From a virus (lineage: Duplodnaviria; Caudoviricetes): a stretch of DNA of 64,000 bases. The stretch spans positions 54,244 to 118,243 of IMG/VR virus record IMGVR_UViG_3300036770_003093; one strand, written 5' to 3'. The notes beneath the pieces were generated by a model that made no database searches, was not told where the DNA came from, and was given only the letters and a program-made list of their open reading frames with translations. Within the stretch, counting starts at the first letter, position 1. The number at the start of each line of letters is the position of its first letter. The translations under genes and the position numbers were made by a program. Shown here piece by piece: positions 20,481-28,806 of this stretch.

Positions 20481-20690
20481 ATGAAACTATTAGTTCTTTT
20501 CCTACGCGTATGGTTCTCCGCATTAGTAGCAACCTTTGTTCCACTGTTGAGCGTTGCATTTCTAATCTCTGTGTTCACAGATATTAGTTTCTTGCAGGTT
20601 ACAAGTCATGGCACATTCTGGATATTCGCCACATTCGCGATGATTCTACTGCTTGTGCTATTCGGCACAACAGAAGAAGATAAGTTGTAA
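20481..20690 (+). CDS. Early small membrane protein (2 TM)
   Basis: Two hydrophobic helices; follows the motif. Confidence 0.7.
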   Translation: MKLLVLFLRVWFSALVATFVPLLSVAFLISVFTDISFLQVTSHGTFWIFATFAMILLLVLFGTTEEDKL

Positions 20691-20842
20691 CACCAGTTGT
20701 AAAGCCTCGCAGTGATGCGGGGCTTTACTGTTTGTAAGGTAACGCATGGCCCCGCTCGCGGGCCCAAGTACCTTAACTCGTAGTCCTTGCCTCGACGCGG
20801 CAATACATTCATTTGATTCATTAACCATAACACTTATCAATT

Positions 20843-21046
20843 ATGACTAATGAAAATGTCACAAAAGAAATGTATTTAGACACATGTCTATCTCACAGTG
20901 AAGAACCAATTCCTGTTCGTGTTGAGCGTGTGATTTATCATCGCACCAAGACTATGACGGTAAGGAAATGGTGCATGAAAACCAACATGATACTCGCTGT
21001 TGTAAGAAATTTACCCGCACCTATTAGCGTGGTAGGCAAGCCTTGA
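20843..21046 (+). CDS. Early hypothetical protein
   Basis: Follows the motif. Confidence 0.65.
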   Translation: MTNENVTKEMYLDTCLSHSEEPIPVRVERVIYHRTKTMTVRKWCMKTNMILAVVRNLPAPISVVGKP

Positions 21047-21155
21047 ATAAGGTGTATTTGGTTAGGATAACGGGGCGCAAGCCTCGTTATTCCTTTTGTA
21101 TATGCCTATGCCAAATTTACATTCACTTAATCACTTAACTAAATCCTTTTACGTT

Positions 21156-21599
21156 ATGAAAAAAACATCTCAGAAACAAACCGTGAGTGTAGATTTGCCC
21201 GAAGAGTTTCTTAAGTATCAACTCGCACAGAAACTCGAAGGTAGAAACTCTCTTCTCGTTGACTGCATTGTAGAAACATGCGACAACAAAGAAGCTTTGA
21301 TGCACGTGCTATTAGGTACCTTTGAAGAGCCTCAATTCTCTGTTGGTGACAAGGTGTACTGCACAGACACCTATTATCACAGACCAGAAGGTGCTGAAAA
21401 TGGTAGCTACGTTGAATATGGCGACTGCGTGGTGATTGGTGTTAACCCATTCAATCAGCGCTACCGCTATGAAGTGCAGCAACAACCGCAGATAGACACT
21501 TTTACAGATGAAATCATTCCTGGCAAGCAGGTTTATTGCCGCGAGTCGCACCTTAGCCCTTTAGAGTACAAGGAATGCGTTGCGGCCTCAATGATTTAA
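21156..21599 (+). CDS. Early hypothetical protein (SH3/KOW-like C-terminal half)
   Basis: Starts MKKTSQK 38 nt after the motif; PQFSVGDKVYC. Confidence 0.7.
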   Translation: MKKTSQKQTVSVDLPEEFLKYQLAQKLEGRNSLLVDCIVETCDNKEALMHVLLGTFEEPQFSVGDKVYCTDTYYHRPEGAENGSYVEYGDCVVIGVNPFNQRYRYEVQQQPQIDTFTDEIIPGKQVYCRESHLSPLEYKECVAASMI

Positions 21600-21757
21600 C
21601 AGGGGTTTGAGTTTGAAGGGAGTGCCCCAAGTACCTGAACAAGTAGCCGTGGCCTCGAGCCACGGTTGCTTTTGCTCGTATTTATGCCAAATTTACATTC
21701 ATTTAATCCGTTAAGACATAATGCAATTTTGCAACATAACCACTAAATCCAAAAACT

Positions 21758-22294
21758 ATGTCTCTATTGAAAGCAACCCTTATGGGTAAATACCGCAGTG
21801 CCAAAAGCGGTAACATCGTTAAACGCTATGTTGTCACCGGTAGCAAAGACGCTCTCGCTGAATACAAAGAAATTCAGGGTACCAACTATGTCGCAGACGA
21901 CAAAGGTAGACCCCTGTTCTTTCGCAGCGAAAACGACGCACAAGGCAAGCCCTATCCAACCGTGATGATGATTGAGCCCAATTATCGTCGTGATGGCTAT
22001 GAGATGGCCTTTGACACCTCCTACGATGACGCTGAATTCGCAGCCTCTTTGCCAGGTGCTGTTGGTCAAGCCGTTGCAGAAGAAATCGCTAAGGATATTC
22101 TTGCCCGCCGCCGTGCCCTACGCTCAGGAACAAGCGGCATTGTCGCTCCAACTCCTGCACAGGAAAATGTTGCGGAAAACATTGATGATATTATCAATGA
22201 AGAACCACAGCAAAAGACAGAGCAAAAGACGCCAAAGCCTAAGAAAGAACAGGTGTCTGCCACGCCAGAAGACGCAGGTTTAGGCGATATCTAA
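21758..22294 (+). CDS. Early hypothetical protein
   Basis: Follows the motif; terminator acagggttgc/gtaaccctgt at ~22316-22351. Confidence 0.75.
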   Translation: MSLLKATLMGKYRSAKSGNIVKRYVVTGSKDALAEYKEIQGTNYVADDKGRPLFFRSENDAQGKPYPTVMMIEPNYRRDGYEMAFDTSYDDAEFAASLPGAVGQAVAEEIAKDILARRRALRSGTSGIVAPTPAQENVAENIDDIINEEPQQKTEQKTPKPKKEQVSATPEDAGLGDI

Positions 22295-22968
22295 TCCGCT
22301 CTCGCACACACACAACAGGGTTGCTCGCATTTGCGGGTAACCCTGTTTTTTAATCACCTTTTTTTTCAATTTATGCCAAATTTACATTCTTTTGATTCGG
22401 CGAGCCTGCCCTCAAACCCACCCGCAGAAACAAGCGACTCCTTACGGAAAATAGATTGTGTGCCTAACCTTCTCATTATCAAGTACCTCGAGTAAAATTG
22501 CACTCGGGGTGTCGCTTATCGCTAGACGCTAAAAACTAAAATTGTTTACGATGAGATTACTATTGATAATCAAGCAGTTAGTCTCACTTTCCCACCGCGT
22601 GGATAAACTTACGAAAAGGCGATTGTTTACGATATCTGTGGTGGGGGTCGCTTATCACTCACAACAACAACATAAATACAGTAGTTTTACTTTAAGTAAC
22701 ACGACGTAAGTGCTTGAGTATCAGTGAGTAGGTGGACGTATACCCCCTATTATTAGTAACCCGATAATCAAACTAATTTAGGCCGGGTACCAGATAACAA
22801 GTGGGGGATATAGCACGGAGAACACCTAGCGTTTCAACTCTTATCTTATTTATCTATTCTCTTTCTTATATAAGTAAGAGTTTGATTTGTTGATAAAGAG
22901 AATCCGCCGCGGGTTTAGTCACGAGTATTTTTCAAATCATTATATAAACAACTCAAAAAAACAAACTA

Positions 22969-23097
22969 ATGTTTAGTAACTTAAAACAATTTGAAACTAA
23001 GCCCAATACTTTTGAAGGTACTTTTATTAAAGTAAAAGATAGAGTTATGGTTTGGCAAAATGGTGTTATACATACAGGATATGTGTATCTTCCATAA
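22969..23097 (+). CDS. Small hypothetical protein (42 aa)
   Basis: MFSNLKQFETK...VYLP after an A-rich leader. Confidence 0.45.
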   Translation: MFSNLKQFETKPNTFEGTFIKVKDRVMVWQNGVIHTGYVYLP

Positions 23098-23104
23098 TTT
23101 TACA

Positions 23105-23685
23105 GGTTGGTAAACCGTAAGCTTCCACTCTTTAAACATTCCGGGAGAACAGGCTATGCAGGAACCACAGTTAACACTCATATTGTCTGATGTATCAGAA
23201 GTGTTCTGCCTCATACCTGTTCTTACGAATCTTTTTTATTTTAAACATTTAACCCTCAATCCTATGCTCAACTCTATTCTAGAGCAGTATCGGGAGGCAC
23301 AGCAGCGGGTAAATGAGCTGTATGAACAACTGCGTAATACATCTGATGGGTATCTTTATGTTACCTGTCTGAGATGTTATGGCAGTTTGACTTGGGAGAG
23401 CCATGTCAATAAGTTCACAGTTCAGGAACTCTGTGATGAGTATGATGGTTATAATGGTATAGTGGATGTTTATACCACTAATCCTGACCATGGTATTTAT
23501 TCTTATGGCGGTGTTAAAGTTATGTCAGAAGCCGAGCTTCAAGACATGGCTAAAAAAGACATCTCCATGAGTACAGCTGTGACCAACTGGATAACACGCT
23601 CAACTGGTTATTAAGATAACCGGGGCTCACACCATATGCCTGGCAACAGAAGGTGTTTTTTTGGTTGGTAAACCGTAAGCTTCCA
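23105..23685 (+). repeat. 23-nt identical direct repeat GGTTGGTAAACCGTAAGCTTCCA (23105-23127 and 23663-23685)
   Basis: Exact match; the copies flank one gene. Confidence 0.9.
23264..23614 (+). CDS. Hypothetical protein
   Basis: Likely start MLNSIL after a typical AT-rich leader. Confidence 0.7.
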   Translation: MLNSILEQYREAQQRVNELYEQLRNTSDGYLYVTCLRCYGSLTWESHVNKFTVQELCDEYDGYNGIVDVYTTNPDHGIYSYGGVKVMSEAELQDMAKKDISMSTAVTNWITRSTGY

Positions 23686-23698
23686 AATTTTTCTTTAA

Positions 23699-24124
23699 GG
23701 TTGATAAACCTTGACAAGCATGTGGGGCAACGACACCATTCTATCTATTACTGCAAGTAAAATAGATAGTATCAAACACTTTTGCAGAGTGTAATGGTAT
23801 CATATGAGATATAATCTCTATGATTTAGCGTTTGTGCAGACTTAAAAATCATGCAGTTATAAGCAACTTGATATGTTGTGGAAGTTACATAACTTTAAAA
23901 GCAAAATGCTTATCTCTATCTCAAAAAAGTCACAGAGGTAGATGCTTAATGGTTTGTGACGAACCATAAAAATTTGGGAGTATATGCGTTAAGCCACATG
24001 ATGCAGACTGGTAATCTGTTGAATCCCATTTATATGACAACTAACAACCGACAGGGGGGTAAATACTCACCTTGTAAGTGATCTACCAAAGATTGCGAGT
24101 CCTCAACAAGCTGTTAAATCAGCC
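23699..24124 (+). ncRNA. Candidate large structured ncRNA (~425 nt)
   Basis: No ORF of 60 aa or more; closing stem ggttgat/atcagcc, long-range catgtgg/ccacatg and many internal hairpins. Confidence 0.5.
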
Positions 24125-24246
24125 AACATTCTTTTTTAGTAGTTATTTTTTCTTATATGGGATAAAGCATAGAAAAAAATCTACACCTCTTGAAGGTTAC
24201 CAAAGAGTATAAATAAATGGTAGCTCAAACTCAAAAACTTATTATT

Positions 24247-24435
24247 ATGAAAGAAACATGGTTATTGGTTTGTGAAGAATTTGGTATTCTCGACAAATGT
24301 TTAGCATCATCAAAAGATGAAGCAAGTGATATATTCAAAAAGAATAATTCATACATTGATTGGTCAGAATCAGATATATTATCAGAAGCTGATTATATGA
24401 ATGAACTTGAACTAAATTCTTTTGAATGTCAGTAA
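24247..24435 (+). CDS. Small acidic hypothetical protein
   Basis: Starts MKETWLL; flanked by similar CTACAC-hairpin motifs. Confidence 0.6.
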   Translation: MKETWLLVCEEFGILDKCLASSKDEASDIFKKNNSYIDWSESDILSEADYMNELELNSFECQ

Positions 24436-24694
24436 AAATCTTCTACACTCCCTGAGATAGTATCAAAGGGAGCTTTTTACGAATCAGAGTTAACTTGAAC
24501 AAACGATAGTTCTCAGATTGATGATGTTTCTTTTATCAACCGTGCGGGGCAGTAATCCTCGCCGCAACTAGTAAGACTAACCAATAATGTCTTACAAAAC
24601 AATCTCAAAGCCAGCACTAAGAAACTCGGCGGTCTTATGACCAATGTTTCCTTGCAACTAGAAATAGTGTGCTAAATAGTGCTGGCTTCATCTT

Positions 24695-24852
24695 TCTCTC
24701 TTCACTAACTTTAGGGTGAATAGTTGTAATCTTCAGGCAATGTAAGTAAACTACCTAAATAGCCATAACGGAAGTGCTTAAGAGCTTTCTGTTGTGTTGA
24801 TGGACAATATGTTCTTTTAGCTTTAGAAGAGATTATAACTAAGTGTTGAGAA
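24695..24852 (+). ncRNA. Structured RNA motif, copy 1
   Basis: TCTCTCTTCACTAAC..GGTGAA followed by a 12-bp stem that covaries with copy 2. Confidence 0.7.
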
Positions 24853-24854
24853 AA

Positions 24855-25007
24855 TCTCTCTTCACTAACCGCAAGGTGAACAGTTGTGATAGACAGGATT
24901 TTGTACAATCCTGACCACTGGTATAATTAAATAGTTTTGTAGTATGCCTCTACCATAAGGAAGGCTATAAAATGTTCATTATTCTATCACAACTGAGTGC
25001 AGAGGGG
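24855..25007 (+). ncRNA. Structured RNA motif, copy 2
   Basis: Same scaffold as copy 1 with a different ~90-nt insert. Confidence 0.7.
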
Positions 25008-25076
25008 TAAAAAACTTAATAACTTCCAAAGTTGTTGAGAACACAAGTTTTTCTTTAAAACATAAATAAAATAGAC

Positions 25077-25289
25077 ATGAAAGTTATAGCAACTATTCCT
25101 TCTTTTGATAAGAATAAGTCTTATTCTGACGTAGTAAAGTCTAAGCATATTCCTGTTTATCCTAATCAATGTCCTTGCCACTATGGGTATGAATGCGATG
25201 ATCCTAATTTTGATTATAGCAAACCTATAGGCTACATAGAAGTAGATAAGAACGATGAAAGAAACAGTGTTTTAGACACAGATACCTGA
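25077..25289 (+). CDS. Small hypothetical protein
   Basis: 70-aa ORF with an A-rich leader. Confidence 0.55.
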   Translation: MKVIATIPSFDKNKSYSDVVKSKHIPVYPNQCPCHYGYECDDPNFDYSKPIGYIEVDKNDERNSVLDTDT

Positions 25290-25361
25290 GCAAGTATTTA
25301 AACTGCTCTAGTAAATCATCCTACTTAGTGGATGAATAACCTCTTTTAAAAACCAAAAACC

Positions 25362-25643
25362 GTGAAACAAAGATTTCAAAACATTCTATTAGCCACTGCT
25401 GTAGTTCTTACTGGTGTATTCATTAGTGCTTTTACTATTGAGACTCTTGATAAAGAACCGGCGCCGCCGCTAAAACAACTTTCTTACGAGAAAATCCAGG
25501 CTATTAACGCCCTGGAAGATATGCGTGATTGGGTGTATGAAGATTTAGCATATGTAGAAGAAGATTCGGTGCTTACCGCGCGTCTACAAGCCTATATCAA
25601 CAACATAGATTACGCAATCGAAATGTTAAACAACGAACAGTAA
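25362..25643 (+). CDS. Membrane-anchored hypothetical protein
   Basis: N-terminal hydrophobic helix. Confidence 0.65.
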   Translation: MKQRFQNILLATAVVLTGVFISAFTIETLDKEPAPPLKQLSYEKIQAINALEDMRDWVYEDLAYVEEDSVLTARLQAYINNIDYAIEMLNNEQ

Positions 25644-25673
25644 ACTCAAAAATCAACTCAAATACTCAATCCA

Positions 25674-26741
25674 ATGAACACTATCATTAAATCTTACAAC
25701 ATGGATAAAATAGCAGATGTTCTTGCTATAGAAAATCCTATTGCAAAAAGAATCGCTGTTGGAAAAAGCCCAATCAGTGGCTATGAAACATCTATTTGTG
25801 TCAAAGATGGTAAAACGTACTTTTCTTCAAGATACATGTGTACAGCCATAGGCAGTACTGGAAATGTATATCTTAAGATCGATACACAATGCGGTTTTAC
25901 TTATGATGGTAAAACTATCAAATACTGGTTTGGTAAGAGTCCTTTTCAGCATTTATCACAAGAAGATCTATACGCGCTTATGACGCATTTAGGCTTAGAT
26001 TGGATTAAGTCTAAAGAATTCAACAGCCTATATTTTCATTACAAAAGTGTTGTTCTTAAAATCTTACAAGGTAAAATCACAAACTTTGAAGATTTGTACA
26101 AGGCTATCATGAAAAGCATGCGTGTCAAGAACTGCTCACCAAAACTGTTTGAAAAGGTTTTAAATCATATGAGAAGATTTCAAATCAGTCAACTGGTAAG
26201 AGTTACCGAAAATCACGGCGAGCAGTTTATAGCGTACATGAAACAGGATAAGAATCTGCAAATACTTGGAGACACCATAGAACAAGCAGTACTACTTGGT
26301 GAAAAGATAGATCTTCGTTGGTCGAATAAAAGACTAAATGAAGTTCACACGGATTTTACCAGAAGGATAATGTTCTATGAAGCTGAAACTGTCAAAAATG
26401 TAGATTTTACCATTCCTGAAGTTAAGTATATAGCTGAAGAAAGGAACTTTGAGTACATCTCTAACAACAGAAGGTTGTATGAAGAAGGCATGATACAGAA
26501 ACATTGCGTTTACACTAACTACTCCAACATGTGTATAGACAAGAGATTTCTTGTTTTTAACATTGATGGTTACACACTTGGTGTGAACGTAAATAATTCT
26601 GTAGATAACTCTTCTGTATTCAATAAAAGGTTTACCTTTAATCAGCTTTATGGTAAATTCAATGCTCCGGCGCCTATAGAGATAAGTCAAAAGGCAGAGC
26701 GTTTTATTGAAGAACTTAACTCTAGAGTTACTCTAAACTGA
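25674..26741 (+). CDS. PcfJ-like domain protein
   Basis: LNEVH...LYEEGMIQKHCVYTNY...FNQLYGKFN pattern. Confidence 0.75.
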   Translation: MNTIIKSYNMDKIADVLAIENPIAKRIAVGKSPISGYETSICVKDGKTYFSSRYMCTAIGSTGNVYLKIDTQCGFTYDGKTIKYWFGKSPFQHLSQEDLYALMTHLGLDWIKSKEFNSLYFHYKSVVLKILQGKITNFEDLYKAIMKSMRVKNCSPKLFEKVLNHMRRFQISQLVRVTENHGEQFIAYMKQDKNLQILGDTIEQAVLLGEKIDLRWSNKRLNEVHTDFTRRIMFYEAETVKNVDFTIPEVKYIAEERNFEYISNNRRLYEEGMIQKHCVYTNYSNMCIDKRFLVFNIDGYTLGVNVNNSVDNSSVFNKRFTFNQLYGKFNAPAPIEISQKAERFIEELNSRVTLN

Positions 26742-26858
26742 TTCCACGGCGGGTCTCCCACAACGTTTCCTAATTCCATCCCAACTCGGGGGGCCCGCCA
26801 AACTTATAGGTGGTAGTAAGTATACCTTTATAAACTTACAAACATTTATCTCAATTTT

Positions 26859-27083
26859 ATGTCACAATCCTTAAACGAAGCTCTAAACATCTCAGACGAA
26901 AGAGCAGATGAGCTTGCAAAAACATCTGTAGAAATCCTTAGAGCAAATGAAACGCTTGACCAGGCGTTAACAAGTTTGTATTCTGGAATTACAGGCAAAG
27001 AAGATCTTACTACAGAAGAAAAAGAAGCGATCTTCTCAATTTATGCCTTGGGACACTATTTGTCCTCTTTTCGTCAATCCTAA
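26859..27083 (+). CDS. Hypothetical protein
   Basis: Shares the (L/V)NEALNI N-terminus with the next gene. Confidence 0.7.
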   Translation: MSQSLNEALNISDERADELAKTSVEILRANETLDQALTSLYSGITGKEDLTTEEKEAIFSIYALGHYLSSFRQS

Positions 27084-27118
27084 ATCATTTAATCAATTAA
27101 CCACTAAATCCATTTTTT

Positions 27119-27412
27119 ATGAACGTAAATGAAGCTTTAAACATTCCACAAAATTTGTGGGACCAAGATGACGAATTTGTAAACAAAGTTATCAAAGAGG
27201 ATGATTCAACAGTAGCAAGCTGTCTTGAAAGTTCTGGAAATCACGTTAAAAGTGATGAGTTTAATATTAACGGTATTGAACTCTCATTGTATGAACGTAG
27301 ACTTCTAGCAATTGGCTACATGGTAGGTTGCGAAATCATGAAATATAGGGTTCAAAATGACCCAAGAGTCATGATGGACATGATTCGATCATTCAAAAAA
27401 ATGTTTGACTAA
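27119..27412 (+). CDS. Hypothetical protein, probable paralogue of the previous gene
   Basis: NEALNI N-terminus; similar helical pattern. Confidence 0.7.
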   Translation: MNVNEALNIPQNLWDQDDEFVNKVIKEDDSTVASCLESSGNHVKSDEFNINGIELSLYERRLLAIGYMVGCEIMKYRVQNDPRVMMDMIRSFKKMFD

Positions 27413-27469
27413 ACTATCTTTGAACCATGGGCGGGGAAACTAATCCCCGCCCTTTATACACAATCAATC

Positions 27470-27877
27470 ATGAAAAATCTATTATTTCTCTTATTACTGT
27501 TTATAGGAAGCGCTGCAAACGCTCAAAACATGATCTACATAGATCACACTTACGATGCAATGAAAGAAGCCCTAACAGAAGATGGGAACTACATTGACAA
27601 AGAAGAAGACTATAAAGGTCAAGTTGTAGTTACTATATTCTCTCATGAGCACCCGGAAAGAGTTGGTCTGTTGTTTTACAAAAATGGCGAATGTGTAACA
27701 AACGCTATCTTTTATAACGATATGCCTAAGTTTAACGCTGCAATCGAAGATTACAACAAACATTTCGTAGTTTTAAGCAATAAATCGTGGAGAGTTTATG
27801 CAAAAGGTAATTCTTACCACGCATCTATAGAAACTACGAGTAAAAACAAGTTTTATATTCTCTGGACTAGAGAGTAG
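27470..27877 (+). CDS. Secreted hypothetical protein
   Basis: Signal peptide ending ANA-Q, the Bacteroidota-type cleavage pattern. Confidence 0.75.
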   Translation: MKNLLFLLLLFIGSAANAQNMIYIDHTYDAMKEALTEDGNYIDKEEDYKGQVVVTIFSHEHPERVGLLFYKNGECVTNAIFYNDMPKFNAAIEDYNKHFVVLSNKSWRVYAKGNSYHASIETTSKNKFYILWTRE

Positions 27878-27885
27878 ATAAACAT

Positions 27886-28007
27886 AGTCAGGTGGCGGAA
27901 TGGTACGCAAAGATATAGGCTGTGGAAAATAACTTGTTATACAGCCAGCAATAAGCGATGGATTGGTTATCCAGTATCTTTATACAGGTTCGAGTCCTGT
28001 TCCTGAC
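27886..28007 (+). ncRNA. tRNA-like RNA without a canonical anticodon arm, copy 1
   Basis: AGTCAGG acceptor strand, TGGCGGAATGGTACGC D-arm-like segment, ACAGG-TTCGAGT-CCTGT T-arm and a ~75-nt branched middle. Confidence 0.65.
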
Positions 28008-28068
28008 AAATCAATTCAGGTCTTGGTATTGCCCTGAAATTTTGTATATTTGTAGAAATATAAATACT

Positions 28069-28449
28069 ATGAAACAACAGGGTGATACCGCTGAATTGAG
28101 ATTTATGCTATTGAACCATGAGTTAGGATATATCGTGTCTAAACCATTTGGTGATAATGCAAAGTACGATTTAATTGTAGATACAGGAGATAATCTTGAA
28201 AGAATACAAGTTAAATCAACAAGAAGAAAAGAAAATTCTTCAGGAATGGATTGTTACAATTGCCTTGTTTGTTCAGGTGCTGATTCAAAACAACAGTACT
28301 TAGAAAAAGATGTGGATTATATAGCAATTTATGTTATACCTGAAAATGTTTGGTATAAAATACCACTAAAAGAAATTAAGGGTAAGACAGTAAAACTGTA
28401 TCCTCATAGGAAATCTCAAAGAAACACCTATGAAAAATATAGAATATAA
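28069..28449 (+). CDS. PD-(D/E)XK endonuclease, group I intron-associated (I-Ssp6803I-like) family
   Basis: GDTAE, PFGDNAKYDLIVD, RIQVKST and VDYIAIY motifs; own TATATTTG promoter element at 28045-28052. Confidence 0.8.
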   Translation: MKQQGDTAELRFMLLNHELGYIVSKPFGDNAKYDLIVDTGDNLERIQVKSTRRKENSSGMDCYNCLVCSGADSKQQYLEKDVDYIAIYVIPENVWYKIPLKEIKGKTVKLYPHRKSQRNTYEKYRI

Positions 28450-28478
28450 TCCTGTCCTGACTACTAAATATTAAAACG

Positions 28479-28682
28479 ATGATAACAATTTCAATATTAT
28501 TAATTCTACTATACTCATACAGTATATATAAAATTAGAAAGGACTCTGGATCTTGGAAAGATTTTGATTTCTATGAGAGTAATATATTTGTTTATCTTAT
28601 ATTCTTATTTGGTACAGCAACAATTGTCTTAAGCATAATATCTCTTATGATTTATGCGGTAAATAATAATATTGTACCTTAA
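28479..28682 (+). CDS. Small membrane protein
   Basis: Two hydrophobic segments; very AT-rich. Confidence 0.6.
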   Translation: MITISILLILLYSYSIYKIRKDSGSWKDFDFYESNIFVYLIFLFGTATIVLSIISLMIYAVNNNIVP

Positions 28683-28692
28683 ATAATAATAT

Positions 28693-28792
28693 AGTCAGGT
28701 GGCAGAATTGGTAACAGTTCCTGGGCTATTAAGGATGCTGGAAACGGTAGATAGAGAGATTCTTAATGCGGGTTCGATTCCCGCCCTGGCTC
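28693..28792 (+). ncRNA. tRNA-like RNA without a canonical anticodon arm, copy 2
   Basis: AGTCAGG/CCTGGCT acceptor stem, TGGCAGAATTGGTAA D-like region and GCGGG-TTCGATT-CCCGC T-arm. Confidence 0.65.
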
Positions 28793-28806
28793 CTAATTTA
28801 AAACAA

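Larger units (their letters stand above)
19818..22395 (+). promoter_or_regulatory. Seven copies of a TACATTCATTT(A/G)A-type motif, putative early phage promoters
   Basis: Copies start at 19818, 20067, 20442, 20804, 21118, 21694 and 22383. All are intergenic, and the last six follow a hairpin. Confidence 0.75.

Noticed and set aside
22400-25300. Retron, DGR or hammerhead ribozyme explanation for the structured RNAs
   Set aside because: There is no reverse transcriptase in the window, no TR/VR pair, and no complete CUGAUGA...GAAA core.
25285-25310. CCTGAGCAAGT..ACTGCTC mini-structure and CCCAAGTACCT repeats (20763, 21626)
   Set aside because: They are too short and too few to distinguish from chance without homologues.
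28693-28795. tmRNA or a canonical tRNA
   Set aside because: The 3' end resembles tmRNA, but the element is only ~100 nt with no tag ORF, has U3-G70 instead of G3-U70, and has no standard anticodon arm or encoded CCA.
27958-28806. ORF-track N-terminal extensions starting at 27958 and 28699
   Set aside because: They run through the tRNA-like elements; downstream ATGs at 28069 and 28807 have better leaders.
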